Made by a program: the position numbers and the translations under genes
In this document: positions 26,812 to 37,674 of the stretch, piece after piece
Position numbering within the stretch: position 1 is the first letter of the stretch
How the letters are laid out: each line of letters opens with the position of its first letter
Assembly: GCF_964355755.1 (NCBI RefSeq)
Contig: NC_092680.1
Coordinates: 17,741,045 to 17,805,044 of the forward strand
DNA from: Antedon mediterranea
Lineage: Eukaryota; Animalia; Echinodermata
Direction: 5' to 3'
DNA length: 64,000 nt
Notes under the pieces: generated by a model
The model's input: the letters and a program-made list of their open reading frames with translations, nothing else
The model's database searches: none
Told to the model about the DNA's origin: nothing

Positions 26812-27959
26812 TTTAAATGTATTTTAAAACCTTCCCATTCGTAATGTTGATAACCCTGTGGTTAACGAACTGAGCACAGCAAAGTGGGGGGAAATGTGGG
26901 ATTTAGAAACTATTATGGCACCATAATTGGATGCAAAATGTCGGATAATTTTAAATGTTGTTTAAAACCTTTCCAGAATCTCGGTCCTGTTTATAGGCCT
27001 ACTCACAAGTATGAATGTATGCAGTAAAAACCCCGCATATTAACAGTAGATTTATTAGCCGATACCTAGCCTGCTCCGATCCTTCCCACCATGACATATT
27101 GTGTTATAAATTAATATGCAAATGTTGTTTCTAATTGTTATCAATTTTACGGCACTGTGTAAGTCATAATTTAACGCGAATTCAGTAGAAATTAATTATT
27201 AGTTATTTAAAATTATGCATAAAATGCTTAGCCATCTGTTTAACATTAGTTACTCAATGATGGAGAAAAACAAATGATTTAGTCACACCAAAGTCTCAAT
27301 TTACGAATAATTCATCAGACTACGGTATAATATTCACAGTACTTAGAAGCTCTGAAGCTCATGTACTAAGGCAAGACTTGCCTCAGGTCTGTATTTATTG
27401 TCTTTTTTTATTATTTATTTATTTCGATTTTTGTTATAGTCATACTTTTTTTTTGTCTGAAAATACAAGCTAAAGTAGTATACGTATGAAACGCCATGTG
27501 TGCCAAAATATTTATATGTATACTAATATTAAGTCAAAACTAACTGTAATATAAGCCTACACTACGCTGACTTTAAACATGACACACGATTCCTAGGATG
27601 AAATAGGCATCAAGTCAGAAAAATAGAATGCCTGAAATATTCTGTTCTACATCAGTAACAATAATATCCAGCTCATGTTGACGGTCGTCGCGAAGTGTAT
27701 GATTCAGTATGACGCTTTGTGTCGTAAAACCGAAAGACAGCATCATCAGGTTTACAGTTAATAATATATAACTTCAAAGGTAGTGTAAATATTTGTTAAC
27801 TAACAACAAAAAGAACACCTTACAATAAACAATAATTCATTTTCATGCCTAAGTTTCAACACTCACTGTGTAAAGTTGATGGTTCTGTGGATATTTCTTT
27901 GATTCGCTTGCGTGCATGTTTTCCGTCCGTCATAAGGTTTTGTCTAATTTCACTAATAT

Positions 27960-28264
27960 CTATTAATGATTGTCTTGTTATTTGTTGATTTTTGCATTTA
28001 TATTATATGTTATGTCTTACTCATTACTTGTTTGCTTTCTCTTTTAATTTTTCTTTTTTACTGGGCTTTATTTTTAATGTATATATATATATATATATTT
28101 TATAAATGTTGTATTTTTTATTGTTTGTTATGTGCAATTTGGACCCCATTGGAAATAGGCTGGTTTTTCCGGCCTAATGGGTGTTCCTGATGCTCGTTAT
28201 TTTGTCTTTTGTCTATTTGTTATTTTAATGTTGAGCATCAAATAAAAAAAATCAATCAATCAAT
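27960..28264 (+). mobile_element. LINE 3'UTR remnant
   Basis: T-rich tract, a GC-richer stem-loop-like segment, then aataaa and a (tcaa)n tail. Confidence 0.45.
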
Positions 28265-29743
28265 TCAACACTGCTAATGGTGACGTAGGCCTACTGTATG
28301 GTCACTGTAGGGTGATGATGAAATAGAATATAAAAACAATAAATAAAAGGTTTCTTTTATGTAGTATTCCATATTCTCATGATTAGGCCTATACCGTATT
28401 CCTGTTTTCGATGATATAGCCTATATTATTAACATTTCGCATAGTAAAAGTCGTTTAGATTCGATCGATATCATCCGCGTCAATCAAATTTCAATTTCAA
28501 ATGGTTGTATCTGTTTCTACTTTATCATTAGTAACATCTTCATCAGAGAGAGAGAGGCTAATGTGTATAGGTAAAGCGTGACATAACACATTGCATGGTC
28601 TAATTACTTCCCAGCGTTAGCAATTGCACTTCACAAGTTCGTCTATGAAATGAAATTCTTGATTGCCAGCTGGTGACCAGCGATTCATTTGATATATTGA
28701 TACTTTACGGTTAATATTATAGTCCTAAATTTAATTCAAACAATATCCGATTGTCGGTGTAATTGTATCTCCACATGTGACAATGTGTGTCCTGTATTAT
28801 AGGTGAATTCCGTAATACTGAGCATTCAAGTAATTAACATTTTATGTAGGCCTGTTATATGGAAGGTTAAGTTAAGGGTTATGGTCTATGATACAGGTGA
28901 AAACATGTAAAAATTATTAATATACTATTTTTCAGATACTATAATATCGTTACGTATACGCAAGGCAATCTAACAAATGGTTGGTGAGCTCCGGAGATCA
29001 ATGGGTTATTTGTGGCTGCGACACGATCAGTCAGACGCCCATAACATACGCGCGGATTTTTTATAGTACAGTACACTGTTGGTATTGTCGCAGCCAGACA
29101 TAAGATCAAATGGCTGTTACGAGTTCCTATCTTGGCAAGGCGAGCTCAGTGCCCTGTTAGATCGTCTTGGTTATACGTTTCTGTGTTCTTCATCTCATCT
29201 CATTTGTTTATTTATTCACCCATAATTGTGCATTCGTATCCGGCCTCCACGTCATCAACGTCCGTCAGCCCATCGTCCATTACCATCTATTAATTCATCA
29301 ACTCATCCATTTATCTTATTTACAAACTTTCATTCATTTATCCAATTCATCTGACCTTCGTTTTGTCTATTATTTAGCTTTCAAGTAATTTTTACGAATT
29401 ACTTACATGAACAAGCGAAATTGAAGTAAATTGTTTGGTTACATACGGTAGTGTACACTATATAAAAGCTGTTTTTAAAAAATGGTAATGTAAGCATCAT
29501 TATGCATGGTTTAAATCAACATCCAACAATGACGTCAAAGGTGTAATGGATAAACAAATAAAACGTTTTTAAATTAAATTCTCTAGTACTAGGCCTACGC
29601 TACTTTACGCGGATTTAGACTGTATATATATATATTATTATATATATCAATCCAAAGGCAAATTACTGAAAAAATGACAATGCTGTGGGTATCAGTGGAC
29701 GGATCTCAATGGAGAAAAAAGCTAAGTAAAACAGCCAGAAAAG

Positions 29744-29787
29744 TTAGCAGAGCTTTCGGGCAACACTAGCCCTTCATCAGTGCAAGT
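29744..29787 (-). ncRNA. Minimal type I hammerhead ribozyme motif (Penelope-like element type)
   Basis: The minus strand reads UUGCA-CUGAUGA-A-GGGC-uaguguu-GCCC-GAAA-GC-UC^UGC. It has both core boxes, a 4-bp stem II, stem I GCA/UGC, and palindromic AGCU in place of stem III. Confidence 0.7.
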
Positions 29788-31131
29788 ATATATATATAAT
29801 TTTTGCTTGGGACGTGTAGGCCTATAGGATACAGTACTCTGTGTATCATATGCCAATTATTGGTATTATTGGTAATAAATATTAGTAATACTGTACATGA
29901 AGGATTGTCATCGCAGAATGCGTCAAATGGTTCAGTTATCAACCCGTCTAAACACATTACAAACGCGTCAATCGAATAATTCGCACGTTATGTAATACAA
30001 AATTATAGAAACAACGCGTATTAGATCATGAATCAAACGTTCACAATTCAAAACTCTTCTTTGGATTTGTTTGTGTGAACCGAGCCAGATTTGTTATTGA
30101 TCGATTATTACACCATTCATTCAAAACGCGTTAAAGATCATGCGAACCTGTCTTTTGTGACGCGTTTCTCGTTTTGTCTTGATATCGCCTGCGCGTTTGT
30201 GCGTGAATCACTAAAATAAATATTTATATATTGATAACTATTTTCATACCATCTATTTAAAATGAATAGTCTGTTCATAATAGATCGATTTATTTGATAA
30301 AAGCATATCTGCAGGACAATCGAGTTGTGTGATAAAAAGCCACTGAACAGATTATCGTGTATAGTGAGTAGGCCCTAATTGTGCATTTAATCGAAAATTA
30401 TGCATAAGCTATAATGATAATCATTACTATATATACATTTGTTGATATATATACTGTACTGAAATACACTCGCCAATTTGGTTCGCCAATTGTAGAAGAC
30501 AACAAGAAACTCAAAGCGCGAAAATAAAAGGTAGCGAAAATGTAAAATCGCGAAAATTTAGGGCCGCGAAAATGTTGGGCTTTACAGTAAATATATTTGT
30601 TGTATGACCTTTAAATAGGTGGCAACAAAAATCACAATATGCGGAGCGGTCCAAAAGACAGAACAAAAAATATTTACGAGGTTTCTAATGCTATCCATTG
30701 TTGAATTATCATTGTAAATATACGGTATTTGAGACTATCGCATGGGCATAAAGAAAGATGTTTACATTATAGGCCTAATATACGCCATTTTAGTTCAATA
30801 ACACAGTGTACCCGCCTTAAAAATCGCAATAAATCGATCATTCTTTTTATCAACATTCTGTATCGTCTGGCTATTGACGGTTTACAATCGCCAAATAGAA
30901 ATGTACAGTACTGATTTTACTTTTAAGAGATAGTTTATTATGCAGTCGATTCTCGTATGGCATGACACCGTATTATAAACTGCCAGACTTTGTTAATCCC
31001 ATCCACAGCACATTTTACAATATCTAAATCAATTTAACTATGATCTTTAATAATCGGGAAGCTAAAACACTGACTATGGCTTACAGGCATATATTTGGGA
31101 AAGAAGAGGCAAAGGCCTACTGTAGACCTAT

Positions 31132-31300
31132 ACTATCTATTTCCGAAATATATCATAGGAATATTTGGTAAAACAGAATCTCATTTATATCACATGTGGT
31201 GCCTGTATCAAGTAAGGTTGGGTTAAGGTAGGTTACTACTAGAACATGTGATGTTACATTACCAAATAATCCTATAATACTTCGGAAATAGATACAGTAC
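31132..31300. mobile_element. Palindromic MITE-like element
   Basis: tatctatttccgaa..atagga.tatttggtaa pairs with ttaccaaataatcctat..ttcggaaatagata; the centre has aggttgggttaaggtaggtt. Confidence 0.6.
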
Positions 31301-31939
31301 CGAGAGAATCAGCTACTTTTTCTATAGAACCCAACTAAGAACCCCATCTTCACAACCTAAAATAGCGTAGACTGTACTCGTATTTTGGTGGCTATGCTTG
31401 ACAAATCTAATAACTTTATTATGTTGTTTATCAAGTCATGTCACCGTATACTTTAAAAGATGGCATCAGATATCAACATGACGTGCGATATTCAGATACT
31501 CCACTAAGTGATTAAATTATTATCGGTTAACGAGGATTGAAATAAATCCATAAAGAGACTTAAGCAGTTAGAATTAGCGGAAAATTGATGACGAAGATTA
31601 TGCTGTCTGCTCGGCTTCGATCTGTGAATCTTAATTGCTTCTATCGTATGGCTAACTCTTCTGTTATATTATTAGTGTAGTTTTTATTTTAATTAATTAA
31701 ATAGTCTCTATAATTAACGATAGCTTAAAAAGTAAATGCTAGGCCTATAAATAATTGTGTAAAACGGTTTTGAGGTAAATCTCTCAACTGAGAATACGGG
31801 CGAAGGCGAAGAGGTTGCGACTAAGATTTATGTTAAGCTTTTTTATTTTTACCGGTTTACTGTATAGTCACAGACAATTCGTACACTGGAATGTCTGCCT
31901 CAATTTGCCTTTTTATTAAAACTTTTACTTTCTTCTGTA

Positions 31940-32200
31940 CAAATGCGCAGGCGCAATGCAATTGAGTTGACCAATCACAAGCGACAGTTCGAATGGTCCA
32001 TTACGTCGTTGTGATAACTTGCTTTACATTAATTAATAGTGGTAAAGTGTGGTTCCCACGATTGGAAGGGCATTTTCTTACGTTGCGTAGATTGCGTTAC
32101 GTTGCGTCGCTAGTGAGAACCAAGCTTTAACAAGTTGGTTCTCCCGCTAGGATGGAGGATGTAAGCGCAACGTAAGTGATTTGACCAATCACAGGGGATA
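31940..32200. repeat. Cluster of a dispersed short repeat family with gaccaatcac cores
   Basis: The motifs gcaacgcaag..tgaccaatcacaagcga and aagcttggttctcactagcgacgcaacg recur at ~17710, ~22010-22165, ~26280-26395 and ~58628-58910. Confidence 0.55.
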
Positions 32201-32742
32201 AATAAATTATTCTGTCGCGTACTGTTTTAAATGCTTCATAATTTATTTGAGAATTACTATTAAATTACCAATAGGGACAGTGTCGAGTAATCTAATACCG
32301 TTAATTCGTTGATCGGTGATTTCCTGAGGGGGAAAACGTAAATAAATATTACATGTCAACTTTCCGATCGAACCATGTTTACGAAGTAAGGTTTTCATCG
32401 GGAGCACTCTAAACTTGATATCCACAGAAACTGAAGCTAATCGTTCTACTGTAGTCCCACTGATTGCTGTTCGCTTTGTTTATGGTGTTGAGGATGAAAG
32501 TTATTGATGATAACCTACCTAGGTTTATTTGCTTTGAAGTAGTTATTAATGTATTACTATAGGCCTACAAATAACTTAAGTTATATTCCTTACACTTCCT
32601 TGACACTTGTTGTTGTCTTTCGAAGTCGTCTAGGCGACTACCAATGAGGTACTAGGTCTTTCTCGGTCATACATGCTACCTTAATCAATTTATGTTAGTA
32701 TTGCAATAATATATTAATATTGTAAATGTAGGCCTAAATATA

Positions 32743-33300
32743 ATCTCCACGATCAGTCCACTTAAAGATCATCTCTTTGATGATCGGTCCATGTAAAGAT
32801 CATCTCCACGATCAGTACGTAAGTAACACATCCAGATGGTCGGTTCATGTAAAGATTATCTCCACGATCAGTACATGTAAGTAACACATCCAGATGGTCG
32901 GTTCATGTAAAGATTATCTCAAGATGATCAGTCCATGAAATCATCTCCAGATTATCAGTACATGTAAAGATCATCTTCAGATGATGGTCAATAAAAAGAT
33001 CGTCTCCATGATCGGTCCATTTAAAGATCATCTCCACGATTAGTACATGTAAAGAACATATCCAGATGATCGGTTCGTGTAACTATGTAATAAAGATCAT
33101 CTCCGGACAGATGATCAGTCCATGTAATCATCTCCAGATGATCAGTCCATGTAATCATCACCAGATGATCAGCAGTCCATGTAATCATCACCAGATGATC
33201 AGTCCATTTAAAGATCATCTCCAGATGATGGTCAATAAAAAGATCGTCTCCATGATTGGTCCATATACTAATAATAGATGATTGGTCCATGTAAAGCTCT
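32743..33300. repeat. Degenerate tandem repeat, ~27-31 bp, GATC-rich with an internal hairpin
   Basis: Unit approximately aaagatcatctccagatgatcagtccatgt. Confidence 0.85.
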
Positions 33301-34978
33301 TCAGATCTTGTGAAAGATGTTTGTCCATGCAACGTACTGTAAACAATGTTAACGTTTTATAACAGTATATGGGGAGTTATGTTCTCCTTTGCTATGATAT
33401 AATATATACTCGAATAATTACTAATTTGATAAAACGTAAACATAAACTCAAGTACTGAACTTATGGATGCCTACTGACGTCATGCTCGTAATTTATGATT
33501 AACTCTGTCAAACGATAATACATAAAAATTATTTCTTAATTTTTAATATTCTAAATTTTAGTTATGTATCGACAGTTTTCTATATCAATACCGCTTAATG
33601 CAATGTCAAACTTGGATATTCATAAAGCGGTGACGTCAGTAAGAACAGATAGGTAATTTGTTACATAAACGAAACGACAACAGAACTATAGTATTTAATG
33701 TGTAAATGTGCGCCATCTGTAACTGATCTTAAAAAAAGCATGTCATGTGCGTAAAGCGTATGCTTTTAAACCGCGTGAGGTTGTACACACATTCAGTTCC
33801 TGAGGAAGAGTATTAATAACAATCTGAAAATAAGGATTTTTCATTTCCGCCATACTCCTTGCAAATTGGATGTATTTACTTAACATAGAATGTTGTCAAA
33901 AGATTATTGGGTTAATGGTGATATAATACTAATTTTAACAAATTGTGCAAACAGTGCGTGACGTTACTGTAGCATATTACTAATTATACGGTCCATCGTT
34001 TAAAGTCTAGCCTTAATTGATGTTTGAACTGTGTAAACTATACGCCATTTATTAACCTTTATTCTACAATATAAACTAAGCAAGCATAGCGGCACTCAAC
34101 ATTCCAGCGGAAATTATATACTTAATTTGACTTTTGACGCGAAAATAATGAAACAGTATTTAACTAGATTGTGTCTATAGATCCGGATGTTTAGCGATCC
34201 GTGTAGCATGTCACACCTGGTCTGTCGGCTCTATATTGTATTCATTTTATCCAGTGGATTTAGAAATCACGCTAACAAGCAAGTTGCTGAGTTCAGTTTG
34301 TTTGTACCGTACTGTATAAAGGAAACAAGTAGAGAATTTTAACAAATTTGAAAGAAAGACTGAATAGCTGTGGGTATTTTGTAAGCCTAAACAATCACGT
34401 CAGGTACGGTACCGTACTAAACTAAACGATATGCTACCGTATGCAAATTGTTCAGGTGTGGTGACGTACAGAGCAATGGATTGCATGGGTCTGTTTCTGA
34501 CAAATCGTTTTGTAGGCTATACTAAACGCAAATTTACGTACATGCGCGTACAAGCAATGTATCCGAATTTGTGACGCAAACGTAAATAGTGTGTCCTATC
34601 TAATCGTTTTGTCACTGACGTGTAAAGTGAGGATTGATGTAAATTTGAAATTGATCTAGAGAACAAATTCTCATTTACATTTTGCGTATGTTAGTTCCCA
34701 TGTGAATCAATTATAATAAATATTAATCATGCGTCTGACATTTTCTTTTGCAGATTGTTGTACAAATAATGCGACACACCACACCAATGCTGCAGGTTAA
34801 ACGTGTACGGCTATGAAGGACGGCGCTGCTGCTGATCTGATGTTTAATACCATCAACCGAAAAGGGTGTGTTTAGAGATTAATATATCCATGTGCATGTT
34901 GTGAAGGCCAGGTGTGGTGCATGTTGTGAAGGCCAGGTGTGATGCATATTGGTGTTGTTCAAGCTAGGTAACGTTGAA

Positions 34979-36307
34979 ATGGAAGCCGGGCAGGTGGTTG
35001 CCCCAACGGCAGATATCAAGCAATCTGTGTCTGAAGACAATGTTGCAGCTAAAAGCAGACAACGTGATAAATCGGTTAAAGGAAAGAAATCAAGCAGAGA
35101 AAGAAAAGCTACATCTTCGTCAAAAGACTTGACGACGCACAGGGATGCGCTGCAAAATGTGACGTCAGCACATCCTGAAACTCTAAACCAAAGCTCAGAT
35201 ACATTGCCAACGGGGCGACGAAGAGTACGCTCTGTCGATAGCGCAATATTTGCAAAGAAAAGGAAAAAGAGGATGGTAAAAAAACAAGTGGTTGGTGTTA
35301 TAGAGGATTTAGAAAATGTTATCTATGAAATAAATTCTGTGACATCTGAACTTAGAGGCGTGTTGAACCAAATTGATCGAGTGACGTCACATCTTGAATT
35401 ATCCGTCGATGGATTAGACATATCTGAGGATAATATATTTATTAAATCGTCCAGAGAAAAGCAGAAGAGTGTGCAAGCGGCAAAACAGAGGTCAGCTTCT
35501 TGTGCTTCTCTGGCGACGCTGAGTCGTTACCGTCAAGAGATAAACGCGTCAACACAAACGCATGAAAGACACGAATCATTGACGCGTCATCAAAGTGAAA
35601 CCTCTCCTCCAAAAGATAAGACCATTTCAGCAACAAAAGAATTTAAATACAAACATATTAAAGAGAACAAACGACCAACGACATCAAATAAATCGCCATC
35701 TATAGACATTCCATTTGATCCAAAATGTCTACAATATAGCTCACAGTTATCTCTAGCAAGTAGTTCAGGTAGATTCCCGTCCAACTGTGGTAGCTTAGCC
35801 GCTAGCGTGTCTTCCATGACTGGTGTATTATCATCAAGTCTCAACAGTCTCAATACAGGCTACAATACATCACTAGAAGAGATCGATTTTGGGATAAGTT
35901 GGCGGAAGAGAACATCACCCGGACCGTGCGTCACTGCTGACTCTTCATATCGGACTTTAAGCGAAACTAATTCTCTTTACTTTGAAGATGTTCTACTTCA
36001 GCAAAACAATAACTCACTTAATTCATCTACGTATAATTATAACACGAATAACGTTTGTACTTGTGATAAGGAATTTAATATACTTGGTTTGGAAAAGAGT
36101 ATAGAATCGCCATCGATGTATAGACAGATTTTTTCGACCACAAACTCCAGACGTAATCGCTCTACGACAGCATCCATATCTTCTCAAATCTCATGTTTTT
36201 CCAGTGAAGATCTTCTAAAGGATTTTAGTGCTGATTACGACAGAGAAATAAACACATGGACTACTTTTGCATTGGTACATATTGATGCAGACGAACTGGG
36301 GGACTAA
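34979..36307 (+). CDS. PRR16(Largen)/INSYN1-like protein (DUF4589-type coiled coil plus Ser-rich tail), single coding exon
   Basis: Long ORF in AT-rich DNA, with ATG at 34979 (GAAATGG). The segment VKKQVVGVIEDLENVIYEINSVTSELRGVLNQIDRVTSHLEL resembles, from memory, the conserved helix of vertebrate PRR16/INSYN1. Upstream acceptor ttttcttttgcag at 34753, candidate donor at 34404, AATAAA at 36608. Confidence 0.75.
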   Translation: MEAGQVVAPTADIKQSVSEDNVAAKSRQRDKSVKGKKSSRERKATSSSKDLTTHRDALQNVTSAHPETLNQSSDTLPTGRRRVRSVDSAIFAKKRKKRMVKKQVVGVIEDLENVIYEINSVTSELRGVLNQIDRVTSHLELSVDGLDISEDNIFIKSSREKQKSVQAAKQRSASCASLATLSRYRQEINASTQTHERHESLTRHQSETSPPKDKTISATKEFKYKHIKENKRPTTSNKSPSIDIPFDPKCLQYSSQLSLASSSGRFPSNCGSLAASVSSMTGVLSSSLNSLNTGYNTSLEEIDFGISWRKRTSPGPCVTADSSYRTLSETNSLYFEDVLLQQNNNSLNSSTYNYNTNNVCTCDKEFNILGLEKSIESPSMYRQIFSTTNSRRNRSTTASISSQISCFSSEDLLKDFSADYDREINTWTTFALVHIDADELGD

Positions 36308-36607
36308 ACGACAAAAACTACGATTAAAAGTAATATGCCTACTGTACAAGGATTCATATTGACGTGGTATTAGATAGTGTAAACAATTGTTAGGCCTACT
36401 AAGAACACATCTATCGGGTAGTGGGGTGTGGACGAAACAAATATCTGACGGTGCAAGTGGTGATTTTGGGTGCGTTATGGGGGTTATTTTAGGGGTAAAT
36501 TAACGTTCAATAATAATATAAATACATGTTAATTTAGTATGCTACATTGTTAACGTCATATCGTAGCATGTGTGTAAATCAATTGAAGGCTGAAGATATT
36601 ACGTAAC

Positions 36608-36613
36608 AATAAA
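36608..36613 (+). terminator. Candidate polyadenylation signal of the PRR16/INSYN1-like gene
   Basis: AATAAA 300 nt after the stop, followed by a T/GT-rich tract. Confidence 0.5.
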
Positions 36614-36755
36614 GACTTTTATTCTTATGATTTATTGTTCTCTATGTTGTTTTTGAATACTTAAATCTATTCAGGACTAAGTTCGCAAACCCGAAATGTG
36701 TAAGCCTAAGCCTATTTATTAAGGCCTACCTCGTCAGTCATTTGGAAAGAGTAAC

Positions 36756-37455
36756 TGTAGAGTTCGTAATTTCTTAAAACTATAGAGCGCCACCAACGGA
36801 ATCAATCGCAAGTATGATACAAACAAACAGGACAAACTTGGTTGAGAGAAACAAAATATAACTTTAATCCTGATTATCTTGCTCTTAACATGCATACAAT
36901 ATCGCTGTCACTTCGTATCTCGAGGGAGGGATTCACTAAATATGAGAAAACAATAATTAAACATCAATCAATGAAAATTTGGGCAGCACCCGTGCTTTAG
37001 CAACATCAACAAATTAATAATTCTAAGTCCTTATCAATACAATATACATTAAGTATAGCAATTTCCTTATAGTATTATTATTCAAACAACATACAATAAT
37101 CAAATAGACCCGTCACAACTAGGCCCTAATCTCTGCACTAGCAAAACACAGTACTGTAAACAACAGTAACACGCCGTCGTAGGCTGTAAATTAGGGCTAT
37201 TAGCTAGGCTTACAAAATTCAACTAATAACATTAACATTCAATAACAAGATAATATAATTATAACTCCAAAGCTCACCGAAGTTTTGTGGCTCAATAGAA
37301 AACCTTTACGAATCTACAATTTCTAAATAATATCTTTAACAAACTTGACTAAAGGGCAAGGCACAACCACGCTGCATACATGAAGGCCGCCATGATACTT
37401 CTCCAAGACAACCAGCCTAGCGCCCTCACTAGCTCAGTTCAATGGGAACGCTATA
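36756..37455 (-). repeat. 3' LTR of the BEL/Pao element
   Basis: No difference from 43222-43921 seen by eye. Confidence 0.95.
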
Positions 37456-37674
37456 CCGGCCCCTTAATTTAATACATTACAATTACTTAGCTCTAATGAT
37501 TAAAACAATGATTATACAGATATAAACAGTTTAAACCTTGTCTATAATAACATTGTTAAATTTCGATTATAAAGTCCTCTTTGATCTGCATAATAGTTGC
37601 TTATTATTCAATTTGACCATCCTTGGGGGTAGACTGCCCCTCCGGTCAGCCATATGGGTTTATTCTGCCCCTGA

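Noticed and set aside
32743-33332. CRISPR-like palindromic repeat array and ORFs 33021-33332 / 33066-33281
   Set aside because: The linkers are themselves repetitive rather than unique spacers, there are no cas genes, the context is eukaryotic, and the ORFs are repeat artefacts.
33795-33840. Second hammerhead candidate CUGAGGA...GAAA
   Set aside because: Stem II is only 3 weak pairs and stems I and III do not form convincingly.
34892-34941. Direct duplication gcatgttgtgaaggccaggtgtg in the 5'UTR of the PRR16/INSYN1-like gene
   Set aside because: Simple local tandem duplication with no evidence of function.
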